In this document: positions 1 to 8,336 of the stretch, one piece after another
How positions within the stretch are numbered: the first letter of the stretch is position 1
Layout: each line of letters opens with the position of its first letter
Source: Candidatus Nanohaloarchaea archaeon
GTDB taxonomy: Archaea; Nanohalarchaeota; Nanosalinia; Nanosalinales; Nanosalinaceae
NCBI GenBank assembly: GCA_041640035.1
Contig: JBEQBC010000009.1
Span: 1 to 26,167 of the forward strand
DNA: 26,167 nt
Reading direction: 5' to 3'
Notes under the pieces: model-generated
Told to the model about the DNA's origin: nothing
The model's database searches: none
The model's input: only the letters and a program-made list of their open reading frames with translations
Translations under genes and position numbers: made by a program

Positions 1-395
1 TCGCTGAGGGTTGTACCGTTGAACTTGATGGTTCCGAGAGTTCTTCCGTAGTAACCTTTCCCACGGTACTCGATCTTAACGGTTCGATTCGACAGAGTAC
101 TTTTAACATAACTTGAGGCTTTCTCACCGTAATTTCTCAAGTGCTGTTTACTTAGATCACATTCCCAGTCCTCAGGAGTGTTCTCGGCATGAACCTCAGG
201 CGTATCCACGCCCTGCAACCTGATCGTAACTGTATGGTTTCTTACATCTGCTTCGACCGTATCGCCGTCGATCACTCTTTCTATCCTGGCTTCATCGCCG
301 ACCGGTTCACTTGTCTCCTGAACGCAGCCTGAGACCATGACTGCCAGTATCAGAAAAACATGGAACGGTTTCTCTGGATCCATTCTACCTTCCAT
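1..395 (-). CDS. Thermonuclease (SNase-like) lipoprotein, 3' end runs off the window
   Basis: Manual translation: MEGRMDPEKPFHVFLILAVMVSGC...RVIDGDTV...IRLQGVDTPE...YGRTLG. Shows SNase motifs (DGDT, RLxGxDTPE, YGRxL) and a lipobox-like VSGC. Alternative start at 383. Not in the ORF track. Confidence 0.9.
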   Translation of the reverse strand, partial: MEGRMDPEKPFHVFLILAVMVSGCVQETSEPVGDEARIERVIDGDTVEADVRNHTVTIRLQGVDTPEVHAENTPEDWECDLSKQHLRNYGEKASSYVKSTLSNRTVKIEYRGKGYYGRTLGTIKFNGTTLS

Positions 396-455
396 CTATC
401 AATATGTCTTGTAGGTACACCGGTTTTATAGATTTGACCAGAGAAAATCTTGTAC

Positions 456-761
456 ATGAGTCACACTGTTGAAATCGTGGATCGTGATGAAACTATCGAA
501 GCTGAGGATGGACAGAGTGTTCTTCAGGCGATGTTGAACAGCGGCGTAGAATGGATGCATGCCTGTGGAGGATTCTGCAACTGCACGACATGCCGTATCA
601 AAGTTGAGGAAGGTATGGACAACCTAAGCGAGATGCAGCAGGATGAGAAGAATACTTTGAGGCGTTTCCAGGGAGAGGAAGTGCTGGACGGTCCTTTCCG
701 GCTAAGCTGTCAGGCAGAAGTTCACGGCGATGTTAAAATCTCAGAACCAGAATGGTACTGA
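456..761 (+). CDS. 2Fe-2S ferredoxin (adrenodoxin/ISC-Fdx-like)
   Basis: HACGGFCNCTTC (Cx5Cx2C) plus RLSCQ. ATG at 456 preferred over TTG at 450, with a TTTTATA box upstream. Confidence 0.92.
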   Translation: MSHTVEIVDRDETIEAEDGQSVLQAMLNSGVEWMHACGGFCNCTTCRIKVEEGMDNLSEMQQDEKNTLRRFQGEEVLDGPFRLSCQAEVHGDVKISEPEWY

Positions 762-767
762 AATACA

Positions 768-875
768 ATGGTTGAGAAGAATTGCTGGCGTTGCGGCGAG
801 CAAATGACTAAGTTCGTAGCCTGCGAATTGAAATGCTTTAACTGTGGTTTTATCAGAGACTGCAGCGACCCATAA
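768..875 (+). CDS. 35-aa zinc-finger microprotein (CPxCG-like)
   Basis: MVEKNCWRCGEQMTKFVACELKCFNCGFIRDCSDP has two CxxCG knuckles. Starts 6 nt after the ferredoxin stop. Below the ORF-track cutoff. Confidence 0.8.
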   Translation: MVEKNCWRCGEQMTKFVACELKCFNCGFIRDCSDP

Positions 876-880
876 AAATG

Positions 881-985
881 TTAATCTTCCATCTTGCCTT
901 TGCTGTGAACTCTTTCACCGGTGCATTCGTTGCAGAGTGCCAGTAATGTGATATTGTCGCATCCTTTCCGTACGCATTTCTTCAT
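881..985 (-). CDS. 34-aa Cys-rich microprotein (putative zinc finger)
   Basis: MKKCVRKGCDNITLLALCNECTGERVHSKGKMED (Cx4C...Cx2C). Fills the gap convergently with 768..875. Confidence 0.55.
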   Translation of the reverse strand: MKKCVRKGCDNITLLALCNECTGERVHSKGKMED

Positions 986-1099
986 CCAGTAACAGACACT
1001 CCTTGTAACCCATGTTGATACAAAAAATTAAAAAGAGAATCAGTCAGGAATTGAAGGTGCTGAAGAGAGAATAAAAAACTTTAAGAACAGTTTACAAGG

Positions 1100-1444
1100 T
1101 TATTCGTAGTCTTCACGGTGAAGTTTGTCGATCTTGGCCGCCATGACAAAGTCTGCCTGGAATAAACCGTCTATTTTATGTGTGTAAAGCTTGATCTCTG
1201 CTTGGCCCCAGGTGAAGTTGATGTTCGGATGATGTCCCTGTTCTTCTGCGATCTCTCCTACATCGTTGACGAAGTCAAGGGCTTCCTGAAAGTCCTCAAA
1301 CTCGAAGTCTCTGATGAGGTGATGTTCATCTACTACTTCCCATTCATCGCTGATTTTCTCCATATGATCCTCGAGTTTCTCTCCTGTGTATGGTTCGACT
1401 CCTCCCTGGCATGCCTTGCAGGTCTGACTGGCTAGTTCTGACAT
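1100..1444 (-). CDS. phhB: Pterin-4-alpha-carbinolamine dehydratase
   Basis: CxxC N-terminus, FxDFxxAxxFV, AEEQGHHPNI, YTHKIDGL, DFVMAAKID. Confidence 0.93.
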   Translation of the reverse strand: MSELASQTCKACQGGVEPYTGEKLEDHMEKISDEWEVVDEHHLIRDFEFEDFQEALDFVNDVGEIAEEQGHHPNINFTWGQAEIKLYTHKIDGLFQADFVMAAKIDKLHREDYE

Positions 1445-1503
1445 AATTCCAATATTGGTAAAGGTAAGGTAAAAAAGAGTGGCAACCTCTCAGTAACCTA
1501 AGA

Positions 1504-1863
1504 ATGAACCTAGAAAAGATGATTCCGGATAACTACGGACAGCTTGAAAACTCCGACCTACCGCTTTCAGAAGGGCGTATCGCCCGACTGATCAGAGAGG
1601 ACATGAGCGAGGAACAGACTCTGGACGGGGATGTCCCACATGTGATTAACTGTGTGCTCTCAGAGCTCCTCCAGGAGGTTATTGACGAGACTATAGATGA
1701 AGCGGCGATGATGCACAAGGTTAAGGAAGCTCATGTCAGGAACGCTCTTCGAAATGTGGAGATCGAGGAGGAATACTCTGCACGAACACAGGCGTTCATC
1801 GATCAACTGAAGAAGATTGGAGAAGAAATGGAGGATACAGCTGAAAGATTAGAGGATAATTAA
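1504..1863 (+). CDS. Histone-fold protein with C-terminal coiled-coil (acidic histone variant)
   Basis: LPLSEGRIARLIRE (alpha1), long alpha2 VPHVINCVLSELLQEVIDETIDEA, KVKEAHVRNAL (L2/alpha3), followed by a heptad-like helix. Confidence 0.65.
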   Translation: MNLEKMIPDNYGQLENSDLPLSEGRIARLIREDMSEEQTLDGDVPHVINCVLSELLQEVIDETIDEAAMMHKVKEAHVRNALRNVEIEEEYSARTQAFIDQLKKIGEEMEDTAERLEDN

Positions 1864-2084
1864 TCCTCCTTCTCTTCTTCTACTTCATCAATATCGATAT
1901 CCTGAAGATCGTCTTCAGCATCCATAGCTTCCTCCATCTCCTGGGTCATATCCATGATATCCTCCATCTCGTTCTCAAAAGTACTTAACTGGGTCTTCAT
2001 CTTTCTCTGGATGTAGAACAAGGTCATACCTGCTCCAAAGATGATTCCCACCGCAAGTCCGATGAAAAATGTGACTAATGACAT
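1860..2084 (-). CDS. Small single-pass membrane protein with acidic tail
   Basis: N-terminal TM helix FFIGLAVGIIFGAGMTLFYI, then a helical D/E-rich tail. ATG at 2084 preferred. Confidence 0.7.
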   Translation of the reverse strand: MSLVTFFIGLAVGIIFGAGMTLFYIQRKMKTQLSTFENEMEDIMDMTQEMEEAMDAEDDLQDIDIDEVEEEKED

Positions 2085-2130
2085 ACAGAAAACAAGTCTC
2101 AACTAACGGGAATAAAGTTAACGGTCAAGT

Positions 2131-2727
2131 CTAATCCAGGAGATAATTATCGAAAGGAAGATTCCTGTCCTCAAAATCAGCCTCTAAAGAACGAAGATCA
2201 GCTTCAACAGTATCCAAACTATCGAAACCGTAAGTTATAATCCTGTTAGGCTTCAGGAAAACTCCGGTACGGACGATCTCCGAGATATTATCCGGCTCAA
2301 CATGGAGGAACGCTGTATCAACCTTACCGATTTCCTTAACCTCTGAACTGTAAATCCGTGGTCCCTGAACAAAGAAGCTGTGGTCACCCATTACAAACCT
2401 GTAGCCGTTGATATCCTGGTAGGTTACAGGATCGATCTCAACACTGAAAATATCCAGTGAGTCCGGACTCTGGGTTCTCTCCACATCAGGACAGTCCAAT
2501 TCTCCTTCAAAGTCAGAGGGCAGAATCAAACAGGTGGAGTTCGAACACATAGACTCAATCAGTTCCTTGTTCTCCTTCAGATGGCTGCTGGAAGTCAAAA
2601 GTATAATATTAGCCTCAACCTCTTCAACAGGATCAACCACGACCTTGAAGCCATTATCCTCGATCAAAACAGTGCTCCCATCGATACTGATATCAAACCG
2701 GTCAACCTTCAGCTCGTAATAATTCAT
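2131..2727 (-). CDS. Degenerate metallo-beta-lactamase-fold protein
   Basis: VVVDP...ANIILLTSSSH aligns with the MBL 'DP...D.ILITHxHxDH' segment but lacks most metal ligands. GYRF, D-x-AFL and LKPxxII match the rest of the fold. Confidence 0.55.
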   Translation of the reverse strand: MNYYELKVDRFDISIDGSTVLIEDNGFKVVVDPVEEVEANIILLTSSSHLKENKELIESMCSNSTCLILPSDFEGELDCPDVERTQSPDSLDIFSVEIDPVTYQDINGYRFVMGDHSFFVQGPRIYSSEVKEIGKVDTAFLHVEPDNISEIVRTGVFLKPNRIITYGFDSLDTVEADLRSLEADFEDRNLPFDNYLLD

Positions 2728-2873
2728 CACTCGATCAATCCATCAGACCCTCCACTAAAACCATCAAAAATCCAAATTTAAAACCATTACCACCTATACA
2801 GAAACAATACGGAAAGACAGATAATCAAACGGATTTAATAAAGTAACCAACTCATTTTCCTTCATAACCTGAT

Positions 2874-2956
2874 GCGGGGGTAGCCAAGTGGTCAAAGGCG
2901 CAGGATTTAGGATCCTGTCCGATAGCGGTTCGCAGGTTCGAATCCTGTCCCCCGCA
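2874..2956 (+). tRNA. tRNA-Leu (anticodon TAG)
   Basis: Acceptor GCGGGGG/CCCCCGC+A, anticodon arm CAGGA-TTTAGGA-TCCTG, long variable arm, GGTTCGAATCC T-arm. CCA not encoded. Confidence 0.97.
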
Positions 2957-3004
2957 CTTACATATAAACGGGAATTTCTTTCTTGATCAATAGGCCAATA
3001 AAAC

Positions 3005-3457
3005 ATGACGAATATCCGTGTAGCCGCGATAATCAAAGAGGGAGATAAAGTATTAACCACTCAAATGGAAAAGAGCGGAGACAGATACTATGTTCTTCCT
3101 GGCGGAAAAGTTGAGATCGACGAAAATATAGAGGAGGCTCTTAAAAGAGAATTGAAGGAAGAAACTGGCATAGAAATCAAGGATTACTCTTTGGCATACC
3201 TGAGAGAACTTAAACTGGATGGCCAAGAAAAAGGCTTAGAGTTCTACTACCGAATAAGTGATTATTCCGGTAAACCAGAAACCGGGCATGACCCTGAAAA
3301 TAAAGAGGGCGATCTCAGAAAAGTTGAGAAGCTTCCTGTAGAGAAATTAGAGGATGAAACTTTCTTTCCGAAGCAACTGATTGAGAAACTACAAGAAAAT
3401 GAAATATCCGATGAGCAGAAATTAGAACATCTAGGAATCCACGATATCCGAAATTAA
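3005..3457 (+). CDS. NUDIX hydrolase
   Basis: Nudix box GGKVEIDENIEEALKRELKEETG. Confidence 0.93.
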   Translation: MTNIRVAAIIKEGDKVLTTQMEKSGDRYYVLPGGKVEIDENIEEALKRELKEETGIEIKDYSLAYLRELKLDGQEKGLEFYYRISDYSGKPETGHDPENKEGDLRKVEKLPVEKLEDETFFPKQLIEKLQENEISDEQKLEHLGIHDIRN

Positions 3458-3460
3458 ACT

Positions 3461-4336
3461 CTACAGATTGATCAGTACTGCTCCTGCGACCATGATGATT
3501 GATCCTGCGAGTTTCTGAGGGAATCCGTCTTTTTCTTCTAGCAGTATGTAGCTGATGAGTACTGTTAGAGGTATGCTGAATCTTTTGATCGCGATAACAT
3601 AGGTTACAGGTGTTATCTCGAAGGCTGTCATCTGGAGTATTATTGATAGTCCGCCTAGTCCTCCGAGTAGGCCAAGCGGTTTCCAGCTGCTTTTCACCTG
3701 GTTCTTCCAGTCGCTGGATTTCCTCATCATCACAGGGAGCATGAATACGGAGGAAAGTGCGTATACGGAGAGCGGCCAGATGATCGGAGAGGTCATGTTA
3801 ACTCCTATCTTGTCGGTGTTAGCTGTAATTGAGTAGATCAGGATTACGATCATTATGAGCTGGACGCCTCGTTCCTCTGAAAGTTTCTTGAATGGTTCAA
3901 GAACGGTTTCAACATCTTTCAGCTTCAAGACATAGGTTCCCAGAGCGATTAAAAGTACTCCGAACACTCCTGCCATACTCAATGTCTCTCCCAGTATCAG
4001 GAAGGATGTACCTACCACCAGCAGAGGAGAGAGTGCGAACATGGGAGTGACTATAGATGCCTCTGACTCCTTATACGCTTTGGCAATCAGTATAGAGGTA
4101 AAAGCTATCACCAAGCTCTGTGGAACGAGAAGGAAAAGATACATAGGATCGATGTCAGGGATACCGGTGTAGAGAAGAGCGGCCAGAAGTACCGGTATAC
4201 CGAATACTCTTGAGCTCCAGGCCGTGATGAATTCATCGGTTTCAAGTGAGTTCTTTCTCTGGTAGACACTCTGGACGCCTTTGAGAACTGCGACGCCCAA
4301 AGCCAGTATTATCCCTGTTTCGATTATCACGGCCAT
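3461..4336 (-). CDS. EamA/DMT family transporter
   Basis: About 10 TM helices in two repeats, with ASIVTP..LSPL..LILGE and ILLEE..K..G motifs. Start 4336 or 4351. Confidence 0.9.
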   Translation of the reverse strand: MAVIIETGIILALGVAVLKGVQSVYQRKNSLETDEFITAWSSRVFGIPVLLAALLYTGIPDIDPMYLFLLVPQSLVIAFTSILIAKAYKESEASIVTPMFALSPLLVVGTSFLILGETLSMAGVFGVLLIALGTYVLKLKDVETVLEPFKKLSEERGVQLIMIVILIYSITANTDKIGVNMTSPIIWPLSVYALSSVFMLPVMMRKSSDWKNQVKSSWKPLGLLGGLGGLSIILQMTAFEITPVTYVIAIKRFSIPLTVLISYILLEEKDGFPQKLAGSIIMVAGAVLINL

Positions 4337-4431
4337 AAAATCCGGACGCATACTTTAGAAACCACTCGATGATTGATGTGCCATCAAACAGTATACTTTT
4401 TTATTCAGGTTTCAACTCAAACAAGTTTAAA

Positions 4432-4842
4432 ATGAGTACAGAAGGTTTCAGCTACGAGGAGGAAATAGTCGAACCGGATGATGTAGATGAGGAAGAAGAT
4501 ACTGATATCTACGGAGAAGAGGAAGGACTTTCAAACGGCTACGGAACACCTGTCGAAGAATCAAGCTACCGAGAAGACTCCGAAGAAGAACAACCTGACT
4601 ACTCCGGTATCAAAGGCAAAGCACTGAAATACCAGGATACAATCGGTTCAGCGGTTGGAGGAGCAGCTGGAGGCGCACTCATGTTCGGACAGCCAGAACT
4701 AGCCCTGATCGCAGGAGGCGTAACAGCCGGCGCACATGTAACAGGAAAAGCAAGTGCCAAAGGAGTAGAGAAAATAAAGGACTTCCTCAGTGGAAAAGGA
4801 GAAGCAGAAAAAGCGAGTGACGAACAGCACGCCACCGCATAA
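4432..4842 (+). CDS. Hypothetical protein: very acidic N-terminus plus glycine-zipper hydrophobic hairpin
   Basis: ATG at 4432. D/E-rich first half, then IGSAVGGAAGGALMFGQPELALIAGGVTAGAH. Confidence 0.7.
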   Translation: MSTEGFSYEEEIVEPDDVDEEEDTDIYGEEEGLSNGYGTPVEESSYREDSEEEQPDYSGIKGKALKYQDTIGSAVGGAAGGALMFGQPELALIAGGVTAGAHVTGKASAKGVEKIKDFLSGKGEAEKASDEQHATA

Positions 4843-4848
4843 AAAAAC

Positions 4849-5958
4849 CTACTCAGGTACTTCTTCAAAGTCGTCGTAAGCTTTCTCAGCAAACTGCTCT
4901 AAAGCATCGAAGTACATTTCTTCCATCAGTTCTCCACGCTCAACTTTACCGCCCTCATAACTATTATCGGAGTACTGAGCGCTGACCGGTGCCACGCTTC
5001 CGTTTCTACCGAAGTGAAGGTACTCTGCTAGAGGAGCTCGTAGACGATCCGCTCCGGAATCTCCAAAGTACTCGTTGCTTTCACGGCTTCTCTCGATGAC
5101 ATCAGCGATCGAAAGCAGGTTAGTTCTCTGACTCTGCCCGTTCAAACGGTCGCGGACATCTCTAAGGTCCTCAACTTCATCTGAAAACGCTTCATGTTCA
5201 CCAGTAGCTGCCTGATATGCCTGCTGGTAGATATTCTCGATATCGCCGATAAGCGGCTCTAATTCCTTATTCTTAACTGTTCCAAGCCAGTTCATCGCAT
5301 TTCTCTCGCTGTAGAAGGCTTCGTCCTGAGATTCAGGTCTGAATACATCGACTTCTAACTGGATGAAGTCCTCCTGTTCCTCTGACTGGTTGAAAACATA
5401 GATATTTCTCCTGTTGTCGCCCCAGGTGTTCTCATCACCGGTTACAAGCATCCGGGCAACAGGGCTCTTATCACTTGGTTCATTGTGTATCTCTGTTTCC
5501 ATTCCGTTTCTCTGGAAGTGCTCATCGAAGAAGTCTACCGGGAAACGAGGCAAGGCTACTTCTCCGCCTTTGAAATCGTATGATATCCAGTCGTCCTCCA
5601 TCCTGTCCGAGTAAGTTTCATCATGTACGAGGCTGTCTCGGTACTCGTCTACATCTGGTACATCCTCAAGGACATCCCTGCTGATCGAATCGGTGTTCGG
5701 CACTATATATGTGGTCTCGCCCTGTTTTTCAGTATCTATAACACCGGCAGCGAACAGATCTGACAGGCTTCTCCACGCCACTGAGTCCTGTCCTCCATCG
5801 AGTTCATCCCAGATATTTTTGAAGTCTCCGAGAGCTGCCATATCGCTTTCGCCTTTATCAGCGGCTTGCTGAATTGCTCCAAAGCTGGTGGCTAGTATGT
5901 TTCCACGGTTTTGTTCATAATGTCTTCTGAAAGTGTTTACAGATTCCTGTTCAGTCAT
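4849..5958 (-). CDS. Hypothetical protein with probable N-terminal winged helix
   Basis: 369-aa acidic ORF. SVAWRSLSDLFAAGVIDTEKQGETTYIVPN resembles a wHTH recognition helix and wing. Overlaps the stop of the upstream gene. Confidence 0.6.
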   Translation of the reverse strand: MTEQESVNTFRRHYEQNRGNILATSFGAIQQAADKGESDMAALGDFKNIWDELDGGQDSVAWRSLSDLFAAGVIDTEKQGETTYIVPNTDSISRDVLEDVPDVDEYRDSLVHDETYSDRMEDDWISYDFKGGEVALPRFPVDFFDEHFQRNGMETEIHNEPSDKSPVARMLVTGDENTWGDNRRNIYVFNQSEEQEDFIQLEVDVFRPESQDEAFYSERNAMNWLGTVKNKELEPLIGDIENIYQQAYQAATGEHEAFSDEVEDLRDVRDRLNGQSQRTNLLSIADVIERSRESNEYFGDSGADRLRAPLAEYLHFGRNGSVAPVSAQYSDNSYEGGKVERGELMEEMYFDALEQFAEKAYDDFEEVPE

Positions 5959-6808
5959 GCATTCTCACCTCATGTTCTACAAGTGTCTCCAGAGCTTCCT
6001 CTACATCATCATTGTCGTCTTTGAGAGCTCTGACAGTATCCTCAAGTGTTGATTCATCGACGAAACCGTAGTGGCGCTGAAGATCGTTCTTAACTTCATT
6101 CTTTATCGCGGTTATATCAGAGTTCATGCTCTGCCACGCATCCACTACATCGAACATTTTGTCCTCATCGACTTCCTGTGTATCGTATTCAGGTACATAG
6201 ACGACCTCTGCAGGTACTGCTTCTCCTGCCTGGATGGAGGCTGCGAGCGAGTAAGTTGCTGCTTGGAACCGGTCACGGTCTCTTCTTTTCCCGGTTTTGA
6301 ACTCCTTGACTCTGAAACCGTCATCCATCTCAACCAAGTCCGCGAAACCGCGTAAGCCGTTGTTTTCTAGCCATTGCTCTGCTTCATTTGGTTCTGCTCC
6401 GGGATAGTTGTCCGCGAATTCGGCTATATCACGGTCAAGTTCATCCAGGACTTCGAACCGGGTTTTTCCACCGAACCGTTCTCTTAACTGCCCTAGTTGT
6501 CTGTTGATGTCCATGTCCGGTGCGTAGCTTGTAATCAGGTCTACTGCTTCTTCGTATGCTTCTTCCGGGTCGACTTCTCTGTCCTCTACGGTCACCATTA
6601 CATCGTGCATCAGGGAGCTCATTCTGAGATGCTCTTCCATATCACGGTTGTCTCCGAAGTACTGTGTGGTGTAGTCGGAGCTGTTCTTCATTATATTGTC
6701 GTAGAGCAGTTCTTCACGGCTGCTGAATGATTCTCTGCCGATGTCGTCCTGCGCCCAGTACTCTGTCAGTTCTCCTACAGTTATAGTATTCATTTTAGTG
6801 TTTTTCAC
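5951..6808 (-). CDS. Cas4/RecB-like PD-(D/E)XK nuclease without Fe-S cysteines
   Basis: GLRGFADLVE...VKEFKTG...FQAATYSLA gives motif II D, motif III ExK and QxxxY. Upstream LMHDVM His. Confidence 0.8.
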   Translation of the reverse strand: MKNTKMNTITVGELTEYWAQDDIGRESFSSREELLYDNIMKNSSDYTTQYFGDNRDMEEHLRMSSLMHDVMVTVEDREVDPEEAYEEAVDLITSYAPDMDINRQLGQLRERFGGKTRFEVLDELDRDIAEFADNYPGAEPNEAEQWLENNGLRGFADLVEMDDGFRVKEFKTGKRRDRDRFQAATYSLAASIQAGEAVPAEVVYVPEYDTQEVDEDKMFDVVDAWQSMNSDITAIKNEVKNDLQRHYGFVDESTLEDTVRALKDDNDDVEEALETLVEHEVRMHD

Positions 6809-7200
6809 CAGACCGGAAGACCTACATCCTCCAATTCATATTCGTTCCCTGTTTCATCAGGATCGTAAATATCCACTTCTGACACATACAGTCCGTCCTC
6901 GAAACGACTGACTACCCTGCCATCGTTCGTTTGTCCGAGCACCTCTCCAAGCTCTAAGGCTTTGAGGTAGAACTCGCCGACCGTCTCTGTTCTTCCCTGG
7001 TCGTCTTCTTCGAACTTGGCGGAAAGATATCCTTTTACAGCGGTTATATCTTCCTCTCTTTCAGCCAGTGCCTCTTCCGGGACTGACGAGATCTTCGCGT
7101 GGCGATCTCCCTGTGATAGAACATATCTTCCATCCCGCATAGTGACGACTCCCTCGAAAAGCGATTCATCGTCCTGCAGGTGCTCTGTGGATATTCTCAT
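6805..7200 (-). CDS. Hypothetical beta-rich protein (possible OB fold)
   Basis: Acidic ORF, first gene of a three-gene overlapping operon. ATG at 7200 (track start 7221). Confidence 0.6.
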   Translation of the reverse strand: MRISTEHLQDDESLFEGVVTMRDGRYVLSQGDRHAKISSVPEEALAEREEDITAVKGYLSAKFEEDDQGRTETVGEFYLKALELGEVLGQTNDGRVVSRFEDGLYVSEVDIYDPDETGNEYELEDVGLPVW

Positions 7201-7309
7201 TACAATGTTACCTGTAATCACGGATTGTTGGTAAAAGGTTTTATCTGTAACCGGTAGAAACCTAGTTGAGCTATGAAAATGTTAACGCTCTTTCAGTTCT
7301 CTATATACC

Positions 7310-7543
7310 ATGGAAGAGGTATTTAAGATACTGTCAGAGAACCTGGAACAGGCAAGCGCAATAGGATACGGAGCACTAGCAACCGGAGCCGCAGCATACC
7401 TAGCGCATAAAAACGATTTCGGAGCCGACGGTATGACAGATAGAGATATTGAAATGTATCTTGATGAAACAGAAGATACCTACCAGCCTCTCAAAATGTA
7501 CAAGCGAAGAGTGCTTGACAAGGAACTGAAAAACAGAGACTGA
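7310..7543 (+). CDS. Small hypothetical protein with one Gly/Ala hydrophobic segment
   Basis: 77-aa ORF with ATG start and AIGYGALATGAAAYLA segment. Divergent from the nuclease operon. Confidence 0.65.
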   Translation: MEEVFKILSENLEQASAIGYGALATGAAAYLAHKNDFGADGMTDRDIEMYLDETEDTYQPLKMYKRRVLDKELKNRD

Positions 7544-7603
7544 AACCTCTCCAAGATGTAGTATAAAAAAATTCCCTCACAACCAGTTCAATACAACCTT
7601 TCT

Positions 7604-7678
7604 GCGGTTGTGGTGTAGTCCGGCCAATCATGTCGGCTTCTCGAGCCGACGACTCGGGTTCAAATCCCGACAACCGCA
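7604..7678 (+). tRNA. tRNA-Glu (anticodon CTC)
   Basis: Acceptor GCGGTTG/CAACCGC+A, archaeal Glu D-arm GGTGTAGTCCGGCCAATCAT, TCGGC-TTCTCGA-GCCGA, GGTTCAAATCC. CCA not encoded. Confidence 0.97.
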
Positions 7679-7688
7679 CTCAAATTTT

Positions 7689-8303
7689 CTATTCCTCTAT
7701 CGTTCCGAAGAACTGCCAGAAAAGCTCTGACTCACTGTACAGATACGCCCATATACCTGTAAAGGTGAGTGAAGAGGCTGTAAGTCCTGCTAATGCGAAG
7801 CTAGCCCCTGACGGAAGCGGTGTATGAAGCATGGGACCGAAGTAATGCAGTACATCCAGTAAAGCGTACCATGCACCGGAACCGAAGACTGCCTCCAAGG
7901 TGATCTCGGTATAATCCAGTACTAGCAGTGCTTGACTGGCCATTAATGCATGACTTACTACTAGGAAGAAGAACATCGGTTCCGAGGTCTGCTGAAGATA
8001 AGCGGAAGGTGTCGAAAGCATCACTACTACGACCCAGAGACCGTATTTCAGGTTTCCTATGAAAGCTAACGCGTCGACTATCTTGGTCCAACGGGATTTT
8101 CGGCCCAGTGCGTAGAGTCCTACTGAGATAGCCATGAAGAGTGTTGCATTCGGTGATACAGGTATGAAAGGCCATGTGTACACTGGGTTTTCCAGTATTG
8201 AGTATCTGTAGTACCAGTATCCGAACCCTGAGCCGAGTACATTTACAAGAACCAAGAGCCAGGGATTGTTTAATGCGAACTTTCTGAGTTTTACCGGTAT
8301 CAT
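7689..8303 (-). CDS. DUF1405 family membrane protein
   Basis: NVLGSGFGYWYY...WPFIPVSPNATLF...KYGLW...SHALM pattern, multi-TM. Confidence 0.85.
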   Translation of the reverse strand: MIPVKLRKFALNNPWLLVLVNVLGSGFGYWYYRYSILENPVYTWPFIPVSPNATLFMAISVGLYALGRKSRWTKIVDALAFIGNLKYGLWVVVVMLSTPSAYLQQTSEPMFFFLVVSHALMASQALLVLDYTEITLEAVFGSGAWYALLDVLHYFGPMLHTPLPSGASFALAGLTASSLTFTGIWAYLYSESELFWQFFGTIEE

Positions 8304-8336
8304 AACTTAACAGGTCTCATTCCGTGTTATTAAATC

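Noticed and set aside
2794-3060. 88-aa minus-strand ORF (likewise 7491..7679 and 7630..7827)
   Set aside because: These are shadow ORFs over the tRNA genes.
5951-6808. CRISPR-Cas locus
   Set aside because: There is no repeat-spacer array or other cas gene, and the nuclease lacks the Cas4 Fe-S cysteines.
2874-7678. Integrated element bounded by tRNA-Leu or tRNA-Glu
   Set aside because: I found no duplicated tRNA 3' end (att site) and no integrase in the window.
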